Notes under the pieces: generated by a model
What the model saw: the letters and a program-made list of their open reading frames with translations, nothing else
Database searches by the model: none
Told to the model about the DNA's origin: nothing
Origin: a virus
Lineage: Duplodnaviria > Caudoviricetes
IMG/VR virus record: IMGVR_UViG_3300038312_000195
Span: 1 to 58,566 of that record
DNA: 58,566 bases
Direction: 5' to 3' (one strand)
In this document: one piece after another, positions 1-8,593 of the stretch
Layout: every line of letters starts with the position of its first letter
How positions within the stretch are numbered: position 1 is the first letter of the stretch
Program-made: the position numbers and the translations under genes

Positions 1-79
1 ATATAGCTTGGCAGTTGAACTCTATTCAGCATGAACGAGATACAGGATATATACATTACGAGTGGGTCTGGGAGATGGT
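1..79 (+). repeat. 79-bp exact direct repeat of 40774-40852
   Basis: Base-by-base identity; diverges at 80 / 40853. Confidence 0.95.
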
Positions 80-83
80 TTGA
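1..83 (+). CDS. 3' fragment of tail-terminator-like gene (phage X copy)
   Basis: Bases 1-79 are identical to 40774-40852, the end of ORF 40539..40856 (...YIHYEWVWEMV); stop TGA 81-83. Confidence 0.75.
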   Translation, partial: IAWQLNSIQHERDTGYIHYEWVWEMV

Positions 84-511
84 TGGCGAAAATGACTATA
101 AAAGGACTTGATGAATATTCAATGATGCTCTCTGAGTTTGGTATGGAATCAATAGAAATTGCGAAAAAGGCGGTCATGGCGGGAGCAAATCCTCTTGCGG
201 ATGAAATTCGGAAAAACCTTAAAGCAAATCTCATCGGTTCAAAGTACTCCGCAGGGGATCTTCTTGATTCAATGGGAATTGCACCGGCTGATATTGACCA
301 TAGAGGGAACACAAATACCAAAATTGGATTTTCAGGTTATGACAGGAGCGGAACACCAAACGCATTGAAAGCCAGAGTGATGGAAAGCGGCACATCCAAT
401 CAAAAAAAGAAACCGTTTATACGTCCGGCAGTAAACAGAATGAAAAAGAGGGTTATTGAAGAAATGGGAAAATCAATAGATGAGGATTTAAAAAATTTAA
501 ACAATAAATGA
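83..511 (+). CDS. HK97 gp10-like tail completion protein
   Basis: MESGTS..KKPFIRPA motif; upstream of major tail gene; paralog of 40859..41290; ATG at 83. Confidence 0.85.
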   Translation: MAKMTIKGLDEYSMMLSEFGMESIEIAKKAVMAGANPLADEIRKNLKANLIGSKYSAGDLLDSMGIAPADIDHRGNTNTKIGFSGYDRSGTPNALKARVMESGTSNQKKKPFIRPAVNRMKKRVIEEMGKSIDEDLKNLNNK

Positions 512-524
512 GGAGAGTGAGAAT

Positions 525-1436
525 ATGGATCAGAAGTATGGTGAATTTGTAGGTGTAGATAATCTACATGCTGCAATAATAACTGAGGATTCAGAAGCAA
601 ATTATATTGCTGATGTACCAGAGTATTTTGCACCATCTGCAGAGATTGCAGGGGAGCCGGAAATAAACAATACAACAACATATTATGATAATGGTGCAGC
701 AAATAATTATGTAACCGAAGGTATTACTGCACTTGAAATAACAGTATCCGGCGTACCAGCCTCGATTGCCGCAAAATATCTTGGTAAAAACTATGATGCA
801 ACCTCTGGAAGAGTACTGGACACAGGAGAACCTAATCCCCCACTTTGTGCAGTATCATTCCGCTTCAATAGAGGTACTGATGGATATAGATATTATCAAT
901 ATCTAAAAGGCACATTTTCGGGCGGTTCGGAGGAAGCAGTTACGAAAAAGGATAACATAGAAGTGCGGACATATCAGCTTACATATACCGCAGTGAAGAC
1001 AACGCACAAGTGGGAAATTGATGGAGTAGATCGGACTTTAAAAAGAATTTTGGCTGACACAAGCGATCCGGCATTCAATCCTACAGGATGGTTTACCCAG
1101 GTGCAAACACCAGATACATCAGGAGCTCCTAACGCGGTTGAATTATCCACTATCGTTCCAAGTGACGGATCAACGGCAATTAACTTAGACGCTAACATCG
1201 TTATGACATTTAACAATAAAATCAAGACAGAAGAAGTTGTTTTGTTAAATAGCAACACTGGTGATGTGGTAGCTGTTACAAAATCATGGAACGCGACCGG
1301 AAAGGTATTGACTATTACACCAGACGCTAACATGACAGCAAGCACCAAATATATTGTATCGGTTACGGGTGTAGTTGATGTATATGGACAAAAATTAGCT
1401 GCATCTGGGGTTGACTTTACTACCGGAACCGAATAG
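525..1436 (+). CDS. Major tail protein (phi13 family) with C-terminal Ig-like domain
   Basis: GVDNLHAAIITED, YYDNG motifs; C-terminal P.DG...V..NIVMTFN...LTITP Big_5/SbsA-like pattern. Confidence 0.85.
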   Translation: MDQKYGEFVGVDNLHAAIITEDSEANYIADVPEYFAPSAEIAGEPEINNTTTYYDNGAANNYVTEGITALEITVSGVPASIAAKYLGKNYDATSGRVLDTGEPNPPLCAVSFRFNRGTDGYRYYQYLKGTFSGGSEEAVTKKDNIEVRTYQLTYTAVKTTHKWEIDGVDRTLKRILADTSDPAFNPTGWFTQVQTPDTSGAPNAVELSTIVPSDGSTAINLDANIVMTFNNKIKTEEVVLLNSNTGDVVAVTKSWNATGKVLTITPDANMTASTKYIVSVTGVVDVYGQKLAASGVDFTTGTE

Positions 1437-1465
1437 GTAGTTTTGTATTTTGAAAATTGGATCGT

Positions 1466-1497
1466 AGGATGGGGATAATTAGTCCTCATCCTATTTG
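1466..1497 (+). terminator. Hairpin/terminator after major tail gene
   Basis: TAGGATGGGGA-taattag-TCCTCATCCTA followed by TTTG. Confidence 0.5.
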
Positions 1498-1516
1498 TAT
1501 TTACAGGAGGGATATC

Positions 1517-1828
1517 ATGCAAGCAGTATTTATAAAATTTACGGATGAAAAAGGTAATGAGGTAAAAAAATATTCAACATGTTCACTTAAAACAGGCACA
1601 ATGGACAACATTTTTGACATCGCTGAGCGTGCTGAAAAGCTTGAAAAAGAGAATATGGGCATTAGTGAAGTTAAGACATTCTATAACGATTTAAAAGCTA
1701 CCATTTTAGCAGTATTCCACTACCAATTTAGCCTTGAGCAATTAAATGAAGGTGTTGAACAAGAAGAGCTAATGAAAGTATTTAAGGATATTTGTTCAAA
1801 TATCAGTGGAGAATTAAGAAAAAACTAA
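1517..1828 (+). CDS. Tail assembly chaperone (gpG-like)
   Basis: Between major tail and tape measure genes; RBS AGGAGG before ATG 1517; ends in slippery A AAA AAC. Confidence 0.8.
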   Translation: MQAVFIKFTDEKGNEVKKYSTCSLKTGTMDNIFDIAERAEKLEKENMGISEVKTFYNDLKATILAVFHYQFSLEQLNEGVEQEELMKVFKDICSNISGELRKN

Positions 1829-2055
1829 CACCGGGGGAAAAAGTGGATGACTCCCCCGCAGGTTACAGTATAACACTATTGAATCTAAAAAGGACTATTT
1901 CAAAAAAATGGGGATGGTCGTTGTTTGAAATAGATGAGACAGATATTTGTAATCTTCTGGCTTTTATTCAGTTTAAGCCGGATGATGATCCGAATGTCCG
2001 AATTATAAAGGGCAAGGAATATCACAGAGTAAAAGATGCTCCAAGTTGGTTATAA
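1792..2055 (+). CDS. gpGT-like chaperone extension reached by -1 frameshift
   Basis: -1 frame relative to 1517..1828; slippery AAAAAAC 1819-1825; hairpin CGGGGGA/TCCCCCG 1832-1858; WGWSLFEIDETD motif. Confidence 0.75.
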   Translation: MFKYQWRIKKKLTPGEKVDDSPAGYSITLLNLKRTISKKWGWSLFEIDETDICNLLAFIQFKPDDDPNVRIIKGKEYHRVKDAPSWL

Positions 2056-2068
2056 AGGTGGTGAGTGC

Positions 2069-4330
2069 ATGGCGTATGATATAGGACCCAAGATTGGTAT
2101 CGAGGGCGAAGCTAAATTTAGAAAAAGCATTACTGACATAAACATAAACATGAGAACGTTGAAAACAGAAATGCAAGCCGTAGCCTCACAGTTCGATGAA
2201 AATGAGAAGTCTCAAGAATCATATGCGGCAAAAAATGAAGTTCTTGTTAAACAAATAGATGCGCAGAAAAAAAAGCTCGCTGAGCTTGAAAAAGGACTTA
2301 AAGCTGCAGGTGAGAAATATGAGGAAAATGATAAAGTAACACAGGGGTGGCAACAAGCTGTAAACAAAGCAAACGCAGACTTAAATAAGATGGAGCGTGA
2401 ACTTAAAGAAAATGAAAGTGCGCTTGATAAGGCTAAGAAAGGGCTTGATGAAACAGGTAAGTCAGCTGAAAGCAACGGTAAGAAGTTTGAAAAATTAAGC
2501 GGGATTTTAAAAGCATCAGCCGCGGCTGTGGGTGCTGTTGCTGTAGCTGCAGGCGCAGCTGCTATAAAAATGGGAAAAGAGGTTGTTAAGTCATTCGGCG
2601 AATTGGAACAAAACCTAGGCGGTTCTGAAGAGGTGTTTGGAGAATATGCTAAGTCGATTCAAAAGACTGGAGAAGAGGCTTATAAAAACCTTGGTACATC
2701 TCAAAGTGATTACCTTGCTACAGCAAATAAAATGGGAGCATTGTTTCAGGGTTCCGGCATAGAGCAACAAAAAAGTCTCGAACTAACTGAACAGGCTATG
2801 CAAAGAGCAGCAGACATGGCATCTGTAATGGGCATTGATATGCAAGTAGCTCTTGATTCAGTAGCGGGAGCAGCAAAAGGTAACTTCACAATGATGGACA
2901 ACCTTGGTGTAGCCATGAATGCAACAAACATTGAAGCATATGCGCTCGCAAAAGGTTTAGATTTTACATGGAGTAAAGCTACACAGGCTGAAAAAGCTGA
3001 AATGGCTATGCAAATGTTTTTTGAGAATACAGAACAGTATGCAGGTAATTTTGCTAAAGAAGCCACTACAACCGTATCAGGTTCGATAGGGTTATTACAG
3101 GCTGCCCTTGGTTCGTTTACAGGTGGACTGGGGAATGCCAATGCCGATATGACAAATCTAACGGAGAATCTAGTAGATGCATTTAAGGCTGTTATAGCTA
3201 ATATCGTACCGATAATTAAAAACCTGACTAATTCTCTTCCTGTTGCTCTTGATGCAATTTTATCTGCTGTTGGAGAGATACTTCCGTCTTTACTAGATAC
3301 AGCAACAACTCTTTTTAAGCAGATACTCGATACTATATTAAGACTGCTGCCAGAGTTAATACCTGTTGCGATTCAAGCACTCATGACAATTGTAGATACC
3401 ATAATAGACAATCTTCCGCTTATAATTAACGGAGCATTTATGATAATTCTGGCATTAATAGAGGGGATAATTGATGCACTGCCTAAACTGATACCTGCAA
3501 TAGTCGATACCATACTTTTAGTGGTTGACACGTTACTGGATAATCTCGATATGATAATCAAAGCTGCATTTGAAATAATTATAACACTTACAAAAGGTAT
3601 CATTGATGCATTACCAAAACTAATAGAAAAGATACCGGAGATTGTTGAAGCTATAGTTAATACAATAGTTGATAATTTCCCGTTACTGGTGGATGCAGCA
3701 ATTGAAATTATTCTGGCTCTTGTGGATGCGATTATCGGGAATCTTCCTCTGATTATCGAAGCTGCAATTAAGATAGTAGGAGCACTTATTGCTGGGATTA
3801 TTAAAGCCATTCCCGATTTAATAGCAGCGATCCCACGTATTTTTAAATCAATACGTGAGTCTCTTAGAAACATGGATTGGGCTGAGCTTGGAAAAAATTT
3901 AATTCAAGGTATAGGCAATGGTGTTGTAAGTGCAGCAAAGAACCTTGCCAGCAGCGTTGTTGATGCAGCAAAAGGTGCCTTGGATGGGGCTAAGAAATTC
4001 TTAGGTATTAAATCACCATCACGAGTTATGCGTGATCAGGTTGGAAAGATGATTGGCGCAGGTATGGCTGAGGGGATAGCCGACAGTGCCAGACAAGTTG
4101 ATGCAGCTATGAGTGGGCTTAACAACAAGCTTGTTGCTGATGAATACTCAGAAAATAAGCTCAAGACAATGAATCCAGTAGACTCACAAACTGATAATGA
4201 GCGATCAGATATTGTGATCCATAACTATACTGTATTGGATGGGAAACAGGTACAAAAATCAACCAGTAGAAGACAGTTTCAAGCAAACAGAAGTAAAGAA
4301 AGAGCATTGGGGGTGGCTCCAGCATGGTAG
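2069..4330 (+). CDS. Tape measure protein (phage X)
   Basis: Long helical protein, IGPKIGIEGE..F N-terminus, periodic ..LP.I repeats, LGIKSPSRVM motif. Confidence 0.9.
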   Translation: MAYDIGPKIGIEGEAKFRKSITDININMRTLKTEMQAVASQFDENEKSQESYAAKNEVLVKQIDAQKKKLAELEKGLKAAGEKYEENDKVTQGWQQAVNKANADLNKMERELKENESALDKAKKGLDETGKSAESNGKKFEKLSGILKASAAAVGAVAVAAGAAAIKMGKEVVKSFGELEQNLGGSEEVFGEYAKSIQKTGEEAYKNLGTSQSDYLATANKMGALFQGSGIEQQKSLELTEQAMQRAADMASVMGIDMQVALDSVAGAAKGNFTMMDNLGVAMNATNIEAYALAKGLDFTWSKATQAEKAEMAMQMFFENTEQYAGNFAKEATTTVSGSIGLLQAALGSFTGGLGNANADMTNLTENLVDAFKAVIANIVPIIKNLTNSLPVALDAILSAVGEILPSLLDTATTLFKQILDTILRLLPELIPVAIQALMTIVDTIIDNLPLIINGAFMIILALIEGIIDALPKLIPAIVDTILLVVDTLLDNLDMIIKAAFEIIITLTKGIIDALPKLIEKIPEIVEAIVNTIVDNFPLLVDAAIEIILALVDAIIGNLPLIIEAAIKIVGALIAGIIKAIPDLIAAIPRIFKSIRESLRNMDWAELGKNLIQGIGNGVVSAAKNLASSVVDAAKGALDGAKKFLGIKSPSRVMRDQVGKMIGAGMAEGIADSARQVDAAMSGLNNKLVADEYSENKLKTMNPVDSQTDNERSDIVIHNYTVLDGKQVQKSTSRRQFQANRSKERALGVAPAW

Positions 4331-5154
4331 GAAGTTTTAATTACAAAGGAATAAAGAGCAGCAAGTTTGAACTTATCTGCCACTCTGTGAGTCGTCCTTT
4401 GCTTCCGACTGTACGACCAAAAATGATGCAAATATACGGAAAATCCGGTGTGATTGACTATGGTGACGGTGATTATGAAACACGTAAAATAACCATGCAT
4501 ATGGCATATATTAGCAAGGATTATTACGAGCTCCGGAACAGAGCCCGGGAGATTGCCGCATGGTTAGCGTCTAATGTATGGGCAAAATTGATTATAAACG
4601 ATGAGCCGGATAAGTATTATCTGGCCAGAGTTATTTCTGGGATTAACATTGAAACTATGCAAAGATTAGGACAAGCAGATATAAATTTTGAATGTCAACC
4701 GTTCGTGTACATGGTCACAGATACCGGAGTTGATCCGACATGGGGCGAAACAGAATTCCCCTGGGTAACGGATATTCCTTGGAATATGATTCAATCCTAT
4801 CAATTTTCAGCAACAGCAACAAAGGAATATACATTTCACAATCCAGGCACACAGGAAATCGGGTGTACTAGTCCCCAAGGAAGCAAATTTAATATGATTA
4901 TATCCGGAAGTTGGACGAGACTGGAAATATCCCTGAACGGGAAAACCATTGAGTACACAGAAGCCGACTCCGGAACTCTGGTTATTGACAATGTGGAGAT
5001 GGAAGCAAAGCTGGATGGCGCGAATAAACTCTCTGCATTGGAGGGTGACATAGACAGCTTTTTGAGTGTTATGCCTGGCGAAAATACTGTTGCAATAGAT
5101 GGTACAGGTCTCAATATGACGGTGACAATTGACTTTACTCCAATGTGGTTGTGA
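4324..5154 (+). CDS. Distal tail protein (Dit)
   Basis: FNYKGIKS N-terminus, DEPDKYY.A motif, PGENTV C-terminus; follows tape measure gene. Confidence 0.8.
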   Translation: MVGSFNYKGIKSSKFELICHSVSRPLLPTVRPKMMQIYGKSGVIDYGDGDYETRKITMHMAYISKDYYELRNRAREIAAWLASNVWAKLIINDEPDKYYLARVISGINIETMQRLGQADINFECQPFVYMVTDTGVDPTWGETEFPWVTDIPWNMIQSYQFSATATKEYTFHNPGTQEIGCTSPQGSKFNMIISGSWTRLEISLNGKTIEYTEADSGTLVIDNVEMEAKLDGANKLSALEGDIDSFLSVMPGENTVAIDGTGLNMTVTIDFTPMWL

Positions 5155-5163
5155 GGTGATTTT

Positions 5164-6654
5164 ATGATTAAAATACTTAATTCCAGTTTTGAACGACAAG
5201 CGGTACTTAAAAATATAATAAATCCGAACAGGTTTGAGGAAATAAACGGCGAAAACGCATTGACATTTTCGGCTATACTTGACGAAAAAACGAGTACACA
5301 CATCAATGAAAATGCCGTTGTGGAGTTGAATAACGATTATTTTGATATAGCATATTTTAAAAAGAATCAAAACGAAGGCGGGATATTGACTATTGACGTT
5401 GAAACGGAGCATATTTCATACCGGCTAAATGATCCTGAATATGACATGGAGTACTTTGCATCCACCGGTTCGCCAGCAACCGTATTGTCAGCAATTATTT
5501 CCGGGACTGGCTTCACTGTTGGAACGATTGAATTTGCTGAGAATGCGACATATTCTATCCAAGAAAAAAAATCCCGCCGCATGATGCTGATGGAATTTGC
5601 GGCTCTAGTAGGTGGCGAAGTTAGTTTCGACAAGTTTGAAATATCTATTCTGGAGCACAGGGGCAGTACAGAACCTAAGATGCTTGCAAAGGGGAAAAAC
5701 ATAAAGATTGTCAGTAAGATATTCAACAAGAGGGAGAGGAATGCAGAGGGAAACCTGCTTATATCTTATACCTGTTCGCCGATTATGCTGCCTGATATTC
5801 CTTTGTCTCTGGGGGATGAAGTGTTGCTGATTCAAAAAGACTTAGGCATCAAAGAGCAATTGAGAATTGTGAGGATAGGATACAACCCATACAACCCCAT
5901 AGATGCAGATATTGAGTTGGCTAACTTTGTATCTGGTCTTGAGGATGATATATACAGAATCAAAACATCCACAATTGCAAAAGAAAAAGTATATAACGGC
6001 TGCCGCATTGGTCCGGATGATGGTTTTGTTGCTACACGCAGTGACAAGCTGGCAAGGAACAGAATGAATGCTACCGAGGGAAACGTGCTTGAAATTGGGG
6101 ATGGAACTGGTAACTATACGCCAGTCTTTTTTGTTGCAGTGGATCCGGATACAGGGACTGCAAAGTTATTTCTTGCAGGTGATGCTGTATTTCAAGGGGA
6201 ATTGGATGCAGCATCAGGAACTTTTAATGGAGAATTAAAAGCTGGACAAAAATATAAGGTCAGGATTTATGAAAATTCTCTTAACGGAATAATTCAATTT
6301 TTAGATGAAATCAATAGTTCTGCAGGGACTATAAGCTACAACGGGACAGGCATTGTAATGCAGGCATTGAAGACACTTTTTCTGGATGGTAAGGATGTAT
6401 ATCTTGAATCTGATGATGATGTGACTATAACAACTAATAGATACTTTAGTGTAAATTCGCCAAATATACAGTTTACAGCAACAACCGGCAAAGCAACGTA
6501 TAGTGTCGGTGGTGGTGTTAGTTCTGAGATAGCAACACAGGCATGGGTAAATGATCAAGACTTTACTACAGGTTCAAATGCGAGCGGAGTTTTTGCAACA
6601 GCAGATGGAAAAACAGTTACGGTAGAAGATGGGATTATAACATCAATAACATAA
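5164..6654 (+). CDS. Tail spike / Tal-like hub protein
   Basis: EEINGENALTF, GKNIK, LGDEV motifs of prophage endopeptidase tail family; follows Dit. Confidence 0.75.
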   Translation: MIKILNSSFERQAVLKNIINPNRFEEINGENALTFSAILDEKTSTHINENAVVELNNDYFDIAYFKKNQNEGGILTIDVETEHISYRLNDPEYDMEYFASTGSPATVLSAIISGTGFTVGTIEFAENATYSIQEKKSRRMMLMEFAALVGGEVSFDKFEISILEHRGSTEPKMLAKGKNIKIVSKIFNKRERNAEGNLLISYTCSPIMLPDIPLSLGDEVLLIQKDLGIKEQLRIVRIGYNPYNPIDADIELANFVSGLEDDIYRIKTSTIAKEKVYNGCRIGPDDGFVATRSDKLARNRMNATEGNVLEIGDGTGNYTPVFFVAVDPDTGTAKLFLAGDAVFQGELDAASGTFNGELKAGQKYKVRIYENSLNGIIQFLDEINSSAGTISYNGTGIVMQALKTLFLDGKDVYLESDDDVTITTNRYFSVNSPNIQFTATTGKATYSVGGGVSSEIATQAWVNDQDFTTGSNASGVFATADGKTVTVEDGIITSIT

Positions 6655-6664
6655 TTATGTTAAC

Positions 6665-6707
6665 TTGATTATTAATTAACAATACTATATAATGGCATTC
6701 AAGGAGG
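6665..6707 (+). promoter_or_regulatory. SigA-type promoter and RBS inside the tail operon
   Basis: TTGATT(6665)-17 bp-TATAAT(6688); AAGGAGG 6701-6707 before ATG 6716. Confidence 0.6.
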
Positions 6708-6715
6708 TAGTAAAT

Positions 6716-8362
6716 ATGTGGAAGAAAGTATTGACCATATTGTTACTATTTACTCTCGCCGTGAGTGCTAACGGGGAGGTAAGCATGGCAAATAAATATT
6801 GTAATCTCCAAGGTGGAGATAAAATCAGAGATTCATACACAGATATTAACACTGGGTTTGATGCTCTTGATGTGGATATTAGCGCACTGAATGCGGATAT
6901 TAGCGTACTGGATGGCAGAGTTGACACTATCATCACAACGCCGATATCAGGGGAAGGATCTGCCCAGGAACTCATTGATGCCCGCGGTGGCAGTGAAACT
7001 TTGGGCGCAAGGCTGGATGGTGTTGATTCAACCTTGGCAGAAAATACGCAAGACATTATAGACATAAATACTGCTTATAGTAAGTTTGTGTACCCAGAGG
7101 AGTTTTCCATTCCAGACGAGTTTAAAATTGATTTGTTCAAGTATGGCGGCGGGTACAACACGAACTTTGATATAAGATCGAAAAAAAACAAAAGCGGCAG
7201 CGGTGTCACTTATTATGTGGCACCCGATGGGGACGATTCTAACGATGGGTTGACGGTTATTACGCCACTGTTGGGGATTGATACTGCTATTGCTAAAGCT
7301 GATGTTGAAACAGTAATATTATTAGAGGGTGACTATTTTTTAAATGTGAATTACACAACGCAGCTAATAATAAACAAGTCTATTAATCTTATTGGTAGGG
7401 GCAAAGTAAGAATTATCAACGGTATAAGTGTTGAATGGGCAGTTAACGTTACGTATCCGAATGTATACCAAGTTGCACCAGCTCCTAGTGGTGCAAAAAA
7501 GGTCATAAGTTTAGATAAACTTGATGATTATGGAGATGAGTTAGGGCTTACAAAGAAAACAGCTTTATCAACCGAAGTTGCTTTAATACCATTTACCTAC
7601 GCTATTGGTTCAAATCTGTATATACATTTACTTGAAACACCAACCGCTGAGAACATTTTGGTGCTAAGTGACAAAGGTGTTCTTGTAACTGATAGTGTTG
7701 GTGCAACACAAATCAATCTTTACATGGAAAACATTACAATAATAGGTGGTGCGTCCTGCATTACATTAACTACGCAAACAACGCAAGAAGATGATAATTA
7801 TTTATACGCTTACAATTGCAAGTTTTTACACTCAACTACATCAAATATTCTATCCGGACTTGGTGGAAACTATTATATGGTGGGTTGTATTGCCGCACAC
7901 GGTTCAACCGATGGGTTCAATTACCACTGTAATACAACAGCTAAAAAACCTAATGTAATTGAGATAAACTGTATAGCAAGATATAACGGAGAGACTACTG
8001 GCGGGGAATCAAATAATGGTTCAACAATCCATGACGGTGGTAATATTATCCGTCTAAATGGTGATTATTTTGAGAGTCAGGTCGGTAATGTAACTGATGC
8101 TTATGCTATGTCGGTAAATCTTAACTGTAAAGCACACGATTCAATTATTACGGATGCAACAAGGGCAGGCAATTTCGTACTTATCAAAGGTGCTGCTACT
8201 ACTGCTAAAATGTGGGTTATTGACTGTCTGTCATATGGTAGTGTTTATGACTTGGTATCGGATGGTGATGCAAATTACGCAGCAACGATATATCAAAAAA
8301 ATAATCAATTGTTAGTCGGACAGAACAACCTTATTGGGACTGGTACAATTGAGGATTTATGA
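6716..8362 (+). CDS. Tail fibre / receptor-binding protein with beta-helix (depolymerase-like) C-terminus; two in-frame starts (6716 with signal peptide, 6785 without)
   Basis: ELIDARGG..TLGARLD anchor motif; YYVAPDGDDSNDG and DGFNYH beta-helix-type motifs; second RBS GGGGAGGT before ATG 6785. Confidence 0.75.
   Translation: MWKKVLTILLLFTLAVSANGEVSMANKYCNLQGGDKIRDSYTDINTGFDALDVDISALNADISVLDGRVDTIITTPISGEGSAQELIDARGGSETLGARLDGVDSTLAENTQDIIDINTAYSKFVYPEEFSIPDEFKIDLFKYGGGYNTNFDIRSKKNKSGSGVTYYVAPDGDDSNDGLTVITPLLGIDTAIAKADVETVILLEGDYFLNVNYTTQLIINKSINLIGRGKVRIINGISVEWAVNVTYPNVYQVAPAPSGAKKVISLDKLDDYGDELGLTKKTALSTEVALIPFTYAIGSNLYIHLLETPTAENILVLSDKGVLVTDSVGATQINLYMENITIIGGASCITLTTQTTQEDDNYLYAYNCKFLHSTTSNILSGLGGNYYMVGCIAAHGSTDGFNYHCNTTAKKPNVIEINCIARYNGETTGGESNNGSTIHDGGNIIRLNGDYFESQVGNVTDAYAMSVNLNCKAHDSIITDATRAGNFVLIKGAATTAKMWVIDCLSYGSVYDLVSDGDANYAATIYQKNNQLLVGQNNLIGTGTIEDL
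7028..7049 (+). other. Putative recombination site L-X (degenerate, in frame in fibre gene)
   Basis: TCAAC cttGGCAGAaaa TACGC; aligns with 48144-48165, same GGCAGA core and same frame (Ala-Glu). Confidence 0.55.
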
Positions 8363-8383
8363 CGCATTAGGATTAAAGGGCGT
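8362..8383 (+). other. Putative recombination site R-X
   Basis: ACGCA ttaGGATTAaag GGCGT overlapping the fibre stop codon; aligns with 48797-48818. Confidence 0.65.
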
Positions 8384-8404
8384 AAAATAAATGGGTTTTT
8401 CTGC

Positions 8405-8433
8405 TTGTATTCAGAACAATTGTTTGTTATAAT
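8405..8433 (+). promoter_or_regulatory. SigA promoter with LexA/DinR-type box in the spacer
   Basis: TTGTAT-17 bp-TATAAT; GAACaattGTTT at 8414-8425; conserved at 48841-48869. Confidence 0.75.
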
Positions 8434-8439
8434 ATATGT

Positions 8440-8593
8440 AAGGTCTTTTGTTATAAATATTATTGCATATAACAAAGGGAGCTCCCGGCCGCAACCGGAA
8501 AACTCCCTCACACAGACCCCTGTTCAGGAGGGTAACTGTGCTGCTGTTACTATTATACATTACGCCTCCTGAATATTCAAGGAGGCGTTTTCG
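8440..8593 (+). ncRNA. Structured cis-regulatory 5' leader of the tyrosine recombinase
   Basis: Several stems with compensatory changes versus 48876-49030; RBS-sequestering hairpin and an alternative pairing. Confidence 0.7.

Noticed and set aside
3180-3840. Periodic repeats in tape measure gene X
   Set aside because: Ordinary 11/22-residue tape-measure periodicity.
8477-8510. SAM-I or c-di-GMP riboswitch (GCAACC in loop)
   Set aside because: Other conserved elements of those aptamers are missing; kept only as an unassigned structured leader.
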